A DNA stretch of 64,000 nt from Macrostomum lignano (GCA_002269645.1 NIVC01000012.1:806001-870000); one strand, 5' to 3'; shown: positions 1-27,893, counted from the stretch's first letter. Notes: generated by a model not told the origin, from the letters alone. A program made the numbers and translations.

Positions 1-3000
1 GCATATCCGTTACCGAGAACTCGCCTGCAGGTACTAAAGTTGTGACGTTCACCACAACTGACCGCGACATTGGCGACAACGCTATTGCCCTGTATCGAAT
101 TGATTCAACCAGATTGAATGGATCATTGGCTGCTAGTTACTTTCAGGTCTGTTTCTGCCATTGAATAGTTCCTATTATAGTTGTTTTAAGCATACACCAT
201 TTTCACCATTGGCTGCTGATACTCCGTAGATATCGGACTTATAAGACAAAAACACTGCACTGAAATTTCAGCTAAACGCAACATCCGGAATCCTGACTGT
301 GAAAACTCCAATAGACAGGGAAACCTACGCGTCATTGGAATTTTATGTCATCGCCGAGGACAAAGGCAGCCCGGTGCAGACGGCGTCGACGCGAGCAGTA
401 GTCACTGTCAACGATGTTAACGACAATGCGCCAACGTTTGCTAAAACTTTCATCAGCACTGAGATGGCTTACAAGTGAGTGGCAGTGATTGTGTTTGCGT
501 AATTCCCCATATGAGCACGTGTGGGAATTCTGCCGCGCCAGCACCCATGGAATCCCAGCAAACTAGCGGACTAGTGGTTCATCAATCAAGTTTTGAGGAG
601 AGTCTGATTTATTATGCTGCCAAATGAAGCTCAGAAATGTTCTCTCTATTTTGTAGCCATCCAACTGTCTCCTACTAGTGTCTCATTTCCCTGCCCTCTC
701 CTTGTCATCCCGAGCAGCTTCTCCAATACTCAATCAGTAGAGAAAGCAATCATTTTGGGAAGCAGAAGCTGCCTTTCCGCTGTCTCTAAACCCTTCCCCA
801 AGCGGATGTCAGTTAGCTATTCAATATTTGGGACAAGAGCTTTACGGCCTCATAAGAGGGTTAAGAAGTGGAATAGAGATGAACTCGGCACGGGATGGAG
901 CAGGCTCAACCAACCATTTCTTGGACCAGACCAACTCGCCTACCCCCTCGTGCCAGTCTCCCTCTTTCTTTTTTCCGATAAGTATGTATATTGATGCCAG
1001 AATAATAATAAATATATAATATATGAGCCATTATGAGTTATACATTAGAAGTAGCCAGGAAGCCAATGATGAAATCCTAGAGCTACTCTTCTTACTAGCT
1101 AGTAGATTGCCAGCTCTTACCAGAACTCGTATACTGTATACCTTCCTACAACCCCTCCCCTCCTCCTGGCCGGATGGTTGGGAAGTGAGTTAAGGGAAAA
1201 AATGACCCGGGGAATTCTTAGTGAAACAGAGGAATGGAAAGACTATAATACACTCCTGGACGGAAGGGATGGACTGCTCATCCAGCCGAGTCTAGCGAAG
1301 CTGAGTAGCGAAACTATTTATCGCGAAGAGGAGAGAAAAGATGGAAAGATGCGTCCTAAAGTGCAACAAGGACTGCATCCGGGCGGCGGTTGGGCAGTCT
1401 GCCTGCCTCCTTATGGAGTCATAAAAGGACGAAGATAATTGCGCCAACAACCAGGTTTGTAGATGTGTATATACTCTAGCCTAGCGGTTAGCAACCACTT
1501 GTCCGGAAAATGGGAATGGGCGCGATGCTGGATACGGATAATTAAAGCGTCTCATAGTTATTTATGAGAGTATTTGCTCTTGTCTGAGGGCTGTGCTCAG
1601 CCACTGTAAATGAGTCCGCTGCATTCGCGCCATGGGGGGACGACTATTAATAAATACTCAAATATGTTTGACTCCCTTGACAGCAACAGCGACGCATTTT
1701 AGGGTGAATTTAGGATGGTAAATTGACATCCAAGGGTGACATCGTAAGGAAGCAGCCTTCCTTGCCTGCACTTCCGCTAGACCCCTGATTCCTGACGCTC
1801 AAAGTAGCGCCCTGGCACCTTGACGCATAAAAGGGCAACCTTACACATGAAAATTGATGCAAATGATAACGCTAGCATGGGTACATGAGTAGGAGCACTT
1901 TATGTGAATCGTACCGCAGTGTCCGCCTTCACAACCTCTGAAAATTCGAGGTTCTGAAAGGTTATTCCTTTCGACGATGTGAACTTTATGAAACGCACTA
2001 CGAGAACCCGTCCCATTATACCCCGATCAGGGAGCAGCTGACATCCCTGACCCTGGCAACCTTCTCGGCCACAGACAGGGACGTCACAGGATCAGATGTC
2101 CACTACAACTGGGGCTCACTGAGCACCAACTTCGTGATTGGACAGCTCACTGGAGTAGTCAGTCCCGCCCAGGATCAGAGTACATCTCGCTACTCAAAGT
2201 ACATTCAGTACCCGGTAGCCATTGACTCTGGCACGCCGCCGGTCACTTCCACGGCAACGGTTCGAATCGACACTTTCGATCCAACTGAAACAGCGGTTTG
2301 CATCACCTACTCGTTGCTAGAGTCTGGCTTCCAGGCTAAGCAGACTGCCATAGAGACTGCTCTGGCTGAAACTATACAGTTCAAGTACGCCACTTGTAGG
2401 TGCGCCACTTGGAAATACACTGCCCAGAGGTGAGATGCTTAATAACTTTCTAATTGTAGTTCAAAATTGAAATTGAAATCGTATTTCAATTCTCTCTTTT
2501 TGTTTCTATTTGTCTCCTCCCTTTCTCTTTCCCGATTGAACTACTCGTTAACTTCCATTGATTTTAAAAGCCAGCTACGTCCCTATTACCCATTAGTCTT
2601 TGCTAAATTCTCAGCAATTTATTCTTCAATCCATAATTTTTATCCTACAAATTTCAAAACCAATCCCTTCCTCCATAATTCAACTACCGCAAGCTCCGAA
2701 GTCGTGGCCTGCCACTACTGCGTGCAGAACAACGCCACCGACGCGGCATCGGGCATGTCGCTGGTCAAAGATTTTGTACCGCAATCAGATTTGCTCACGT
2801 TTTGGCGTTTGAACACTGACGGAACTCCGACTGCGATGCTGCAGACTGCGGCGTTCTCCTCTGCCACGGTTGTCAAGGTTGAGGGGTAAGAGTCGGCGGC
2901 CTCACACAGTTATGAGTTTGTTGGGATCTGAAAATATAGTTGTTAGTCAGCTCCACAGAAAACCGTATTGACCTCCACAGAAACTCATATTATCCTTCAC

Positions 3001-3907
3001 AGAAACCCATATCAACCCTCACAGAAAACCCATATTAACCTTCACAGAAAACCCATATCAACCCTCACAGAAAACCCATATTTACCTTCACAGAAAACCC
3101 ATATTAACCCTCATAGAAAACCCATATCAACCCTCACAGAAAACCCATATCAACCCTCACAGAAAACCCATATTAACCCTCATAGAAAACCCATATCAAC
3201 CCTCACAGAAAACCCATATTTACCTTCACAGAAACCCATATTAAGCTCCACAGAAACCCATATTAAGCTCCACAGAAACCCATATTAAGCTCCACCAACA
3301 ATATTTGCTACGACTGTTTTATAACAAAAGTATCACTTCAAAATCTTGCCCACCTATCCAGGTACGCGGAAGCAGCCGCCTCTTCAACTCCGTGGTACCA
3401 GACACCCTGGGGCATAGCAGTGCTGGCACTCGCCGGTCTGATGCTGGTCTCAATTCTGGCATTGAGCATCTGGGCACTGGTGACCAAACTTTCAGCTCCA
3501 AGCGCTGCTCCGGATTCTGTGCAGCCGGTGCCGGAGACCAGAGCCAGGCACCCACAGCCTTCAAAGCAACAGAATACTGCTAAGCCAGTGAGTGGGGGTT
3601 ACAGCAAGTCACTGTAGGACCGGTGAATAGGGTAGAAGTTCACTTCAAGGATCAGTGAAGAACATTTAGCATTTTACTGAGCTATCAAAGTGATCAGTTC
3701 ACTCCAAAAAAATAACAAAAAAATCAGACAAAAAAACAAAAAATCGAATGCCAACAGAATCGAAATCTGAACATCTACCGAGACAAGAACCCGTGGAACG
3801 GAGAGAAGGAGCAGACGGCTCAACAGTCTGGCCGAAACAGCAATGGCAGCGGGGAATCCTGGCGCCACGCCCAGCATTCCAAACGCCAGCCAACGCCCAT
3901 TGGCTAG
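1..3907 (+). CDS. Cadherin-related single-pass membrane protein, paralogue A (3' part only). Exons <1-146, 272-474, 2031-2429, 2694-2885, 3362-3587, 3758-3907
   Basis: Spliced translation has cadherin motifs (VTENSPAGT, TDRD, IDRET, NDVNDNAP), a Cys-containing membrane-adjacent domain, a TM helix (TPWYQTPWGIAVLALAGLMLVSILALSIWALV) and a short tail ending PTPIG*. All junctions are GT-AG with consistent phases, and they match the paralogue at 33525-36584 exon for exon. Confidence 0.9.
2950..3295. repeat. Intronic minisatellite, ~20-nt subunits (CACAGAAAACCCATATCAACCCT-like)
   Basis: Visible tandem periodicity; accounts for ORF 2968-3288. Confidence 0.9.
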
Positions 3908-5202
3908 TTGGTAAATCGATGTGATCGATATGATCCATTGGTCATTTGAATTTTTTTCGGTTGAAACGTGAGCTATATAGAGGTTTAATTTGACGCGAAA
4001 TCAAGAAACATAACCATGCAAACTATTTTTATTTATATTTATCCCCGAAAATGTTATTACGCTCATAAATAAAATTGAAAATTTGCGGTGTTTAACAGTT
4101 TTTAAAAGAGCCATTAATTCACTTTTTATTATTTAAATAGTTCGTACGAACATTTTTTTCATTACCGCACGAGCATGAAATATTGTTATTTTGTGACTTA
4201 AGTTCGTCATTAAAAATTTTATACAGCTTTGAAACTGACCCTGTGTTATTTTTTAATTCAAGTGTTTTTCACTTCTCATGGAAATTATTAAATATTTGTT
4301 AAAATGTTGTGAACATCATGTTGCTCAAATTTAGCGCAAGATTAACTGTAAAAAATAAACTGACATACTTTTTAACAGAACGTTGAAATTTATTGCAGTG
4401 CAGAGTGAACATTTCACTTCCTTAAAAATATTTTGTATGGTGCAGTTTAGAAATAGAATAACATTTGTAAAATAATCTTGATATTTAAGAAATAAAATCA
4501 AATCAATCCATTACACGATGTTGCACATTCGACCGCATAATTCTTTTTTCTTGAACATTACTTCCTCTTAAAACAGTTAGATGCAAAAATAGAATTAACA
4601 ATCCATATTTTATAGAAAAATACTTTAAGCCGTTTTTTTGTTTTAACCTAACTTCACAGTTTAGCTCAAATTTATTACTTTTGAGTATTCTTTTAAATAC
4701 TGTATGGACTTTTACAGGTATATCTCAACATCGAGTAAGATAAAAAGAAAATTGATCGAATTTGTAAAGTAAACATGTTAGTTTAACTAAATTAAAGTTT
4801 CTTGAATTTAAAGTTAATATAAAAAAGTAATCCTGTCAAGTGACGTAGGCACGTCCTGGGCCCCAGTAATTTTCGCGCACCCTCCCTTTTTCCCTGTGAT
4901 TCCTGCGCCCCCGGCCGGGATGACTCATTGTGATGATTCATCACGATGACTCATGCTTATCGACTATCCGACGACCACCGTGCCAACCAGCCCTGCCCGT
5001 CGTCGGCCGCGTCTGTAAGGTATTTCTTTCTCTGTTGCCTTGGGTAGTCAGCCCGGTCGCCCCCCCCCCCATTGCTCATCATCTAATTTTTCAATCCTTA
5101 CTTACTAATTCCGTTTTAATAATTTACTGAGCATTTAAGGCCAAGTTTAGGGCCAGTAATTCAGGGCATAGCTATTCAACTAGTTTGCTTCTATATGTTT
5201 GC

Positions 5203-5394
5203 TTATTTACTATGAGACGTGCTATGAAACGTGAGTAGTGAGTGCGCCCCCGGCCTACCTGTCAGCTGTCGCAGGGCCTGGACTAGATGCTGAGGATCAG
5301 AGTGGAAGATCACCCGAGCAGGAGCCGAACTTAACCAAATAATTATAGCAGTAACAATACTTCTAAATAAGTCCCCGTAGGATGAGCACCACAA
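5203..5394 (-). mobile_element. Possible degraded retroelement RNase H-like fragment
   Basis: TAIIIWLSSAPARVIFHSDPQHLVQAL resembles the RNase H segment (..AIxxAL..VxIxSDSxxxVxAL); no other domain is recognisable. Confidence 0.3.
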
Positions 5395-5913
5395 AGTGGC
5401 TCTCGGACCTCTTGCTGCATCGAACCCATCTAGGAGGAAAAAAAATTAAGATGGCGTTATCTATTATCCACCCCTTGGAATCCTGGAGTTTAGGGGCATC
5501 GTAGTTTAAACCGCTCATTCACCAGCTTCAACATTGCTTTTTATACTTTTCCTATTAGCAGTATTTCAAGATAGCTCGTAATAGCTCGAGACAAAAACAA
5601 GATGCCTCTAAATGTACTGTAGGACACGCGAATAATTGCCTAAGAAATAAAGCAATTCAAAAAAGAAAGCCGCATCTTGCATCTGTAACTTATACGTTTG
5701 CGCACTTTAACAAACACAACAAAATTTAAATAATTTGTTAGGCTAACTGAATTTTCGACACACTTTCTTCACTTTAAGTGAGGAATGATCGCGCGGAGAG
5801 ATTGATTCATTCGACGTGTACAAGTCTAGCATTTAAAAACTTGACAATAAATGTAGAATATCGACATTAACAACACAAATTATTTCGTTAGTCGTGTGTG
5901 TGTTTTACCGACG

Positions 5914-6077
<164 letters not shown>

Positions 6078-6114
6078 GGCCTACAACCTAAACACCCGAA
6101 CACACTACTGTACA

Positions 6115-6465
6115 CACTTATCCGTAACCCTCACCCCTATCTGAACCCTTCATCCCTTATCTGAACCCCTCATCCCTTATCTGAACCCCTCATCCCTTAT
6201 CTGAACCCCTCACCCCTTATCTAAACCCTTCCACCCCTTATCCGAGCCCCTCAACCCTTATCTGAACCCCTCACTCCTTATCTGAACCCCTCACTCCTTA
6301 TCTGAACCCTTCCACTCCTTATCTGAACCCCTCACCCCTTATCTGAACCCCGTCATCCCTTATCTAAACCCCTCACCCCTATCTGAACCCCTCACCCCTT
6401 ATCTGAACCCCTCACCCCTTATCTGAACCCATCACCCCTTATCAAAGCCCTCACATCCTATCCAA
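6115..6465. repeat. ~20-bp minisatellite (TCTGAACCCCTCACCCCTTA)
   Basis: Direct tandem periodicity, just downstream of the DOC2-like stop codon. Confidence 0.9.
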
Positions 6466-6551
6466 ACCTCTCACTTCAATAAAACAAAGACTCTGACGCA
6501 TCTGCTTAAGGAAAAACACACCAATAAAACACCCACTCAAATGTCCGCAGG

Positions 6552-12364
<5,813 letters not shown>

Positions 12365-13147
12365 CTTATCTCCGATTTTTTTAATAACTTAGTTTTTCTG
12401 TCCACGCAGTTTTACCTTACATATCCAGCTTCCTTCTTTTCTCTTCCCTATACTGTCCGGGTGGGTTGGCGGCCTGCTCCTGGAGGAAGAAAGCCTGAAT
12501 TGGTATGGCGAGAAGGATGGCTCGCTGAGGTAGGGAAGAGAAGCGACGAAGATAAGAGGGCAGGCGAGGCGGCTCGACAGCCAATCCTCTTCCCTCTTTT
12601 CGTCTCCAGCTTATCCCAAACATTTTGTTCCTCAGTCGTGGCAGCCAAGCCCCCCCTTCAACCATCACAGCCGCACTCAAGCCAACAAACTTCTCTCTGG
12701 CAATCTACCAGCCACTCCAGTGCTCATAATTGACCTCCTTTTATCTCTCTAAACGCACCACTCCAGTGGCGCCTCTTCAGCGTCCTGCGAACCTGGTTTG
12801 CCAATTATCGCACATAGCACACGGGCAAATGATAACTGATGGTAGCAGGTAACACAGCGCAGACCGCTGTTAGCTGTACTTTTAGTAGCAGAAGTTTTAG
12901 ACAGGAAATAAAATGGCCTTCTACTTCTCCTTCAAGTTGCTGTGCGGTCTCTTTCTCAACCTAGATCGAATCGATATAAGAACGAAAATCGAATAACTGA
13001 AGCACTTTGAGCAGTGAGCTTCCAAGTTAAAATCAATGGTAGTGTAGCGTGGGTGAAACGACTCAAAGAATAACCAGTTATAATCTGAATTGTAGCGTAT
13101 TAAGATCTCCGAGCAGTCTGTCAAATGTGTTCTCGTTAGAGTTTTAA

Positions 13148-14310
13148 TTCCTGTCTCTTGGTAGGCGCCACCCTGTCTCTTGGTGGGGGTTCCTGTCTCT
13201 TGGTGGGGGTTCCTGTCTCTTGGTGGGGGTTCCTGTCTCTTGGTGGGCGCCATCCTGTCTCTTGTTGGGCGCCTCCCTGTCTCTTGGTGGGGGTTCCTGT
13301 CTCTTGGTGGGGGTTCCTGTCTCTTGGTGGGGGTTCCTGTCTCTTGGTGGGCGCCATCCTGTCTCTTGGTGGGCGCCATCCTGTCTCTTGGTGGGCGCCA
13401 CCCTGTCTCTTGTTGGGCGCCACCCTGTCTCTTGGTGGGGGTTCCTGTCTCTTGGTGGGGGTTCCTGTCTCTTGTTGGGCGCCACCCTGTCTCTTGTTGG
13501 GCGCCATCCTGTCTCTTGTTGGGCGCCATACTGTCTCTTGTTGGGCGCCACCCTGTCTCTTGTTGGGCGCCTCCCTGTCTCTTGGTGGGGGTTCCTGTCT
13601 CTTGTTGGGCGCCACCCTGTCTCTTGGTGGGGGTTCCTGTCTCTTGGTGAAGGTTCCTGTCTCTTGTTGGGCGCCATCCTGTCTCTTGTTGGGCGCCACC
13701 CTGTCTCTTGTTGGGCGCCATCCTGTCTCTTGTTGGGCGCCATACTGTCTCTTGTTGGGCGCCACCCTGTCTCTTGTTGGGCGCCACCCTGTCTCTTGTT
13801 GGGCGCCACCCTGTCTCTTGGTGGGGGTTCCTGTCTCTTGTTGGGCGCCACCCTGTCTCTTGGTGGGGGTTCCTGTCTCTTGTTGGGCGTCACCCTGTCT
13901 CTTGGTGGGGGTTCCTGTCTCTTGTTGGGCGCCACCCTGTCTCTTGGTGGGGGTTCCTGTTTCTTGTTGGGCGCCACCCTGTCTCTTGGTGGGGGTTCCT
14001 GTCTCTTGTTGGGCGCCACCCTGTCTCTTGGTGGGCGCCTCTTGTTGGGCGCCACCCTGTCTCTTGTTGGGCGCCACCCTGTCTCTTGTTGGGCGCCATC
14101 CTGTCTCTTGGTGGGGGTTCCTGTCTCTTGTTGGGCGCCACCCTGTCTCTTGGTGGGGGTTCCTGTTTCTTGTTGGGCGCCACCCTGTCTCTTGGTGGGC
14201 GCCTCTTGTTGGGCGCCATCCTGTCTCTTGTTGGGCGCCACCCTGTCTCTTGTTCAGCGCCACCCTGTCGGCGCCACCCTGTCTCTTGTTGGGCGCCACC
14301 CTGTCTCATG
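13148..14310. repeat. Intergenic two-variant minisatellite: core CCTGTCTCTTG plus either GTGGGGGTT or TTGGGCGCCA(C/T)
   Basis: Direct reading; interspersed ~20- and ~22-nt units with almost no stop codons on either strand. Confidence 0.95.
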
Positions 14311-15040
14311 GCCACTGCAAGCACGAAACACTGTTCAAAAAATGTGTCACTAAGATAGAAGAAAAACAACTTCACTGTTTAGCTAGTTCGAGCAAAACTA
14401 GACTAATTTATTTTTAAGAGATCATTAATCAAAAACTAGGACATATGTAATTTAATCGATAGAATCAGTTAAGAGTCGAACAATTATAATTAAGATTGTT
14501 ACAATAATTAACTCGAAAAGCAGATAAAAGATTTTGTTTTGAGCAATCATTGAGCACTTACATGTATTTCCACTGCATGTAAGCGAGGAATCGCAAGAAT
14601 CAAACATGATGGGATTAAAATATGACAGCTTAATTTTAAATAGTAACAGACTAAAATAATTATTAGTATGATAAAATTATATTCAATGATGTAATCTCAT
14701 TAGCTAAATTAGTGTAAATTTTTTTATTACTGTAACGTTTTTGGCAAGCGGTTCTCAATGAAATGTTTCATACTGCAACGCATATCAATGATACTACTGA
14801 TGATATCTTCAATACACAAGTAGAAAAGAATGTATAAAATCATAATATATAGATAGTGAAGGAAGCGCTGAATCAGTGATGGAATCGCTAAATAATTAAT
14901 GAGAAATCTCTTAGTAAATCCTAGCAGCTTGAATTTCAAGCCTGATTAAACAAGTCTCCTAATTCCTGTTATTAAATTATGTATAATTCTCTTTCCCTGG
15001 TCGGGCCTGGATTCAAACGGAAACCAGTCCGGTCTTTCAG

Positions 15041-23182
<8,142 letters not shown>

Positions 23183-23189
23183 CTGTGGT

Positions 23190-24515
<1,326 letters not shown>

Positions 24516-25876
24516 ATATATATTCACAATGCCTGACTTTATTTCCTACCTTGATAGCAAATGAATTTCAAACTGAGCAGTGATGAAGCTATTGAAGCAG
24601 GCTGTCCCAACGTAGTGTTTCGGGCTCATATACTTATTCCACAGCTGCTCTCGTGGCCTGGAAATCGTGCACAGTGCAGTCTCGGGCACTCTATTCGGCT
24701 CAAATAGAAGAGAAGACAGAATGCACAAGCAAAGCAATTCAACGAAAAGACCCCACTGTGCTGTGCTATGCCATGGGCCATGATATTCCTCCATTGTTCT
24801 CACACCCAGCCGATGCTGGAGTACAATTGAGCCAGTCCAGAGATGAAAAAGCCCTCGCAGAGAGAGGTTTGAGAACCAATTAGAATCAAGTTTTGCGTGT
24901 ACAGATTTTCAGCTGAGTACAGAGCTCAGAGTTACATTTAGACAATCTTGCAGCTTCGAAGTCACTCTTTGCTAACTCCATTTTCCGTTGACTTTGCGTA
25001 CCTCTGCTTCGGGGTTTAGTTTGTCAACTCGGACCGAAAACTGAAGTTGAGAGACACACCCTCTGGCTAAAAAATGACGCAGAGAGAGTTGGATGCTATT
25101 GCACTTTTGTATTTTGCTCACTTGGTCACCCTACTGGTCACAGAGCACCTGGGCTTGCTATTTATTTGCAACCAGTATAACAAACTGACTTGTCTTTACA
25201 TGAGACACGAAAGCTCGAAGCCATATGCCTATCTAAAGGTATTGCGTCTGAAGAAGTCTAATGGCATCCCCATTAAAACCGTATATAAAGCCAAATTGCA
25301 GGTGTGACAATTAGAGACTTAATAAAGCCAACAGCTAATGGCGTCATGCATCTTTTTATCTAGCTCTGTACTTTGAATTATTTTGAATACACACATTTTC
25401 ATTTGTCTGGATCTCGAAGAATATTCAACAAATTGCCATGAAAATCCAGAACACGGGCAAAAATTTTCCGCTTTTTTCGATGGAGCAACTTCGAGAATCA
25501 CGAAAAATCGGCATCGTCGAGATATTCAACGATTCTCCTCGGGGTGTCTGGTGGCAAAAACCACCAACATTGGCGAATTTTTTCTGCTCACAAAATCTCA
25601 TCCTGAAACCACGTCGTCTCAACAAACTATGCAAATCAGTCGCAGGGACTTTTGCTCTCAGCATCCCAGGCACCAGGGTCCCCTTCATCTCCGTCTGGAG
25701 CATCGGTGGCGACCGTCGGGACCTTCAAAAAAGCACCCGATCGGCATCTCAGAGACGGCTGCGTTCCCAAAACTGAAATGGAAGAATCCTCTTCTGCATG
25801 CAGCATTCAGTCAGTAGACATAATCGGTGAATGAAATGGACGATGGCAACCCTCTAGGCTGACCTGTAGACATACA

Positions 25877-26160
25877 GGCGACCTTCGGGACCTTCAACGG
25901 AGTGCCACCTTGCAGCCCCGACGAGCTGACACCCCCAACATCATGATTTTTCTATCAAGGCACCAAACAAGGCATTCTGCATACTATACAATGGTCCTAC
26001 ACCATGTTCAGCATGCAGCTCTGTCTGGACGACCTTCGGGACCTTCAACGGAGTGCCACCACGCGGCCCTGACGAGCTGGCACCCCCAACATCGTGATTT
26101 TTCTATCAAGGAACCAAACAAGGCATGTCTGCATATTATACAATGCTTTTGCACCATGTT
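25877..26160. repeat. ~150-bp tandem duplication (two diverged copies)
   Basis: GACCTTCGGGACCTTCAACGGAGTGCCACC...GACGAGCTG.CACCCCCAACATC.TGATTTTTCTATCAAGG.ACCAAACAAGGCAT occurs near 25880 and near 26030. Confidence 0.85.
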
Positions 26161-27104
26161 AAATTGGAGAGTTAGATTTAACTAGCGACTGAAAAAATAA
26201 CATATTTAATTGGTCAAATATGATATTACAGTATGTCAAAAATGATAATACAGCAAATTCAGAGCAGAAGGAGCTGAACGGGCAGTAGGACACACACGTG
26301 AGCTCCTCAGAAAACCGGAATTCGCTCCTGTGTGGAGCCATGGTTTGAGTTGAATTCTTGAGATCGGCTGGCAAGCCACTACGAGTGCGCATCTCTGTTC
26401 CAAGAAACGTGAATCCCATTTCCCATTTCAAAGGACCCGAGGGCCGGATAGAGAGACCCCTGTGACTTAAGGGATCCTTTGGTCTCGCAGTCCTCATTGC
26501 TTCGCAGGCCATTTTATAGTCTGCTAATCTAAACTGTGACAGGTTGGAAATTTCTAAGACATACTTTTCAGTTGAGTAGTAACATTTGAAGCCGTAGTAA
26601 AAGGCTACAATGTGATGGAGAGAGCTAGGGCGCACGTACAATTCTGCGTCATAATACAGTCTACGTAAGTAGCTGCGTGTGTTGCGTCAGCGGAATGGTC
26701 GCTGTGAATTGTCTCCTTGCATTTTCTATACGGTCGGACTTAAGTCCTCCTAAAATTCAACAATCCAAGCAAGGACAACCAGCAGGTAAATTAAAGCCTC
26801 TAGTTATCCAAACTCGTATTCAAGTATGAAATAAATAACACTAAAAGTCCATTGTTTTTAATGCTTTTCCAATCAACGAGATCATGCACCGAGCTGGGGC
26901 TAAATATATAGTTTGAGATGTACGCTTTTGCCTATTTGGGCTGCTAAAGAGGGGAAAAATGACTTGAATTTTGATTTCTGGGTACGCGATAAAATTTGCA
27001 TTGGTTGTTCAGTTTTTTGCGGGAGCTAGCTCGTACGAGTATAGGGCTTGAGGAATTAAAAGTTCCAGGTGTCAATTGTCCATGATAATCATTGTTAATA
27101 GTTC

Positions 27105-27770
27105 TCAATCGTCGGATTCGTTGCGAGAGAACAGCCGATTAGCGCAGGTGCGACTGCACTTGGCGCCGCTGCCGTAGCGTCCCTGACGGCGCCCGTAGTG
27201 GCGGCGCAAGACAGCCAGCAGCTGGTCGGCCTGCCTGCCGCAGCTCTCCGGATCGTCCTGGCGCATGCACTGCCTGGCCGCCATCCTGACGTAGACGCGA
27301 TCGCAGACGCGGCTGTCCCGCTGCCCGACAGCGGCGGCGCAGCCCTGGCACAGCTCGTAGCCGTAGCACAGGGCGGCGGCCTCGCCGTCCAGCTTCAGCC
27401 CATAGAGTCGACGAATCGCTGAGCAGCCGCCGCCGAGACTGGCGGCTTCAGGACCGCAGGCCACCATCGTGCCGCCGAGGTCTTTGCTGTTGTCATTTTC
27501 ATCGGGCCGCTCGTCGTCCAGGATCATGTTGCGTCGGACCCGGCCGGCCATGACTTTCAGCCGACCGTTGGCCGCTCGAAGGCGGCGCAGCTGGCGAGCC
27601 TGATGCTGCAGCTCGCACTTCGCCATCTCGTCCGCCTTGCGTAGCGCGGTGAGCGCGGTGATCAAGCGGTTGCTGTCGTCCGAGGCGGAGGATGCTTCGT
27701 TGGAAACTACCAGGAGGCTGAAACTAGCGGCCCCTAGAAGCAGAAATAGCAACGATGGCCGGGCAAGCAT
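27105..27770 (-). CDS. Intronless secreted protein, 221 aa: signal peptide, helical pro-region, RVRR site, and a conodipine/PLA2-like Cys-rich domain with a degenerate active site
   Basis: GC-rich stop-free ORF with a hydrophobic N-terminus. The Cys pattern GCS...CYGYELCQGC...CDRVYVRMAARQC...CGRQADQLLAVLRRHYG...CSRTC parallels the conodipine-type pattern NxCS..CxxHDxCYxC..CDxxFxxxMxxxC..CxxxAxxxxxAVxxxG. The fold assignment is by eye. Confidence 0.75.
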   Translation of the reverse strand: MLARPSLLFLLLGAASFSLLVVSNEASSASDDSNRLITALTALRKADEMAKCELQHQARQLRRLRAANGRLKVMAGRVRRNMILDDERPDENDNSKDLGGTMVACGPEAASLGGGCSAIRRLYGLKLDGEAAALCYGYELCQGCAAAVGQRDSRVCDRVYVRMAARQCMRQDDPESCGRQADQLLAVLRRHYGRRQGRYGSGAKCSRTCANRLFSRNESDD

Positions 27771-27885
27771 CGCGCTTTCAGCCTAGAGGACGGCTCAACT
27801 ATTCCGATAGGAAAAGGGTTAAGCACTTCCAGTTGAAGTGCTCGTCGAGAATTAAAGGATTAGACCGTTGTGAATACTAGCTTCC

Positions 27886-27893
27886 TATTTATA
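27886..27893 (-). promoter_or_regulatory. TATA box (TATAAATA) of the PLA2-like gene, with CCAAT boxes upstream
   Basis: About 115 bp upstream of the ATG at 27770; CCAAT/ATTGG at ~27918, ~27963 and ~28007. Confidence 0.55.

Noticed and set aside
12921-14417. Several 150-420 aa ORFs on both strands
   Set aside because: All come from a stop-free minisatellite with 20/22-nt units; no splice or domain support.
25319-26641. ORFs of 92-160 aa upstream of Rh
   Set aside because: No recognisable domain or consistent splice pattern; overlaps a local duplication; probably TE-derived or non-coding.
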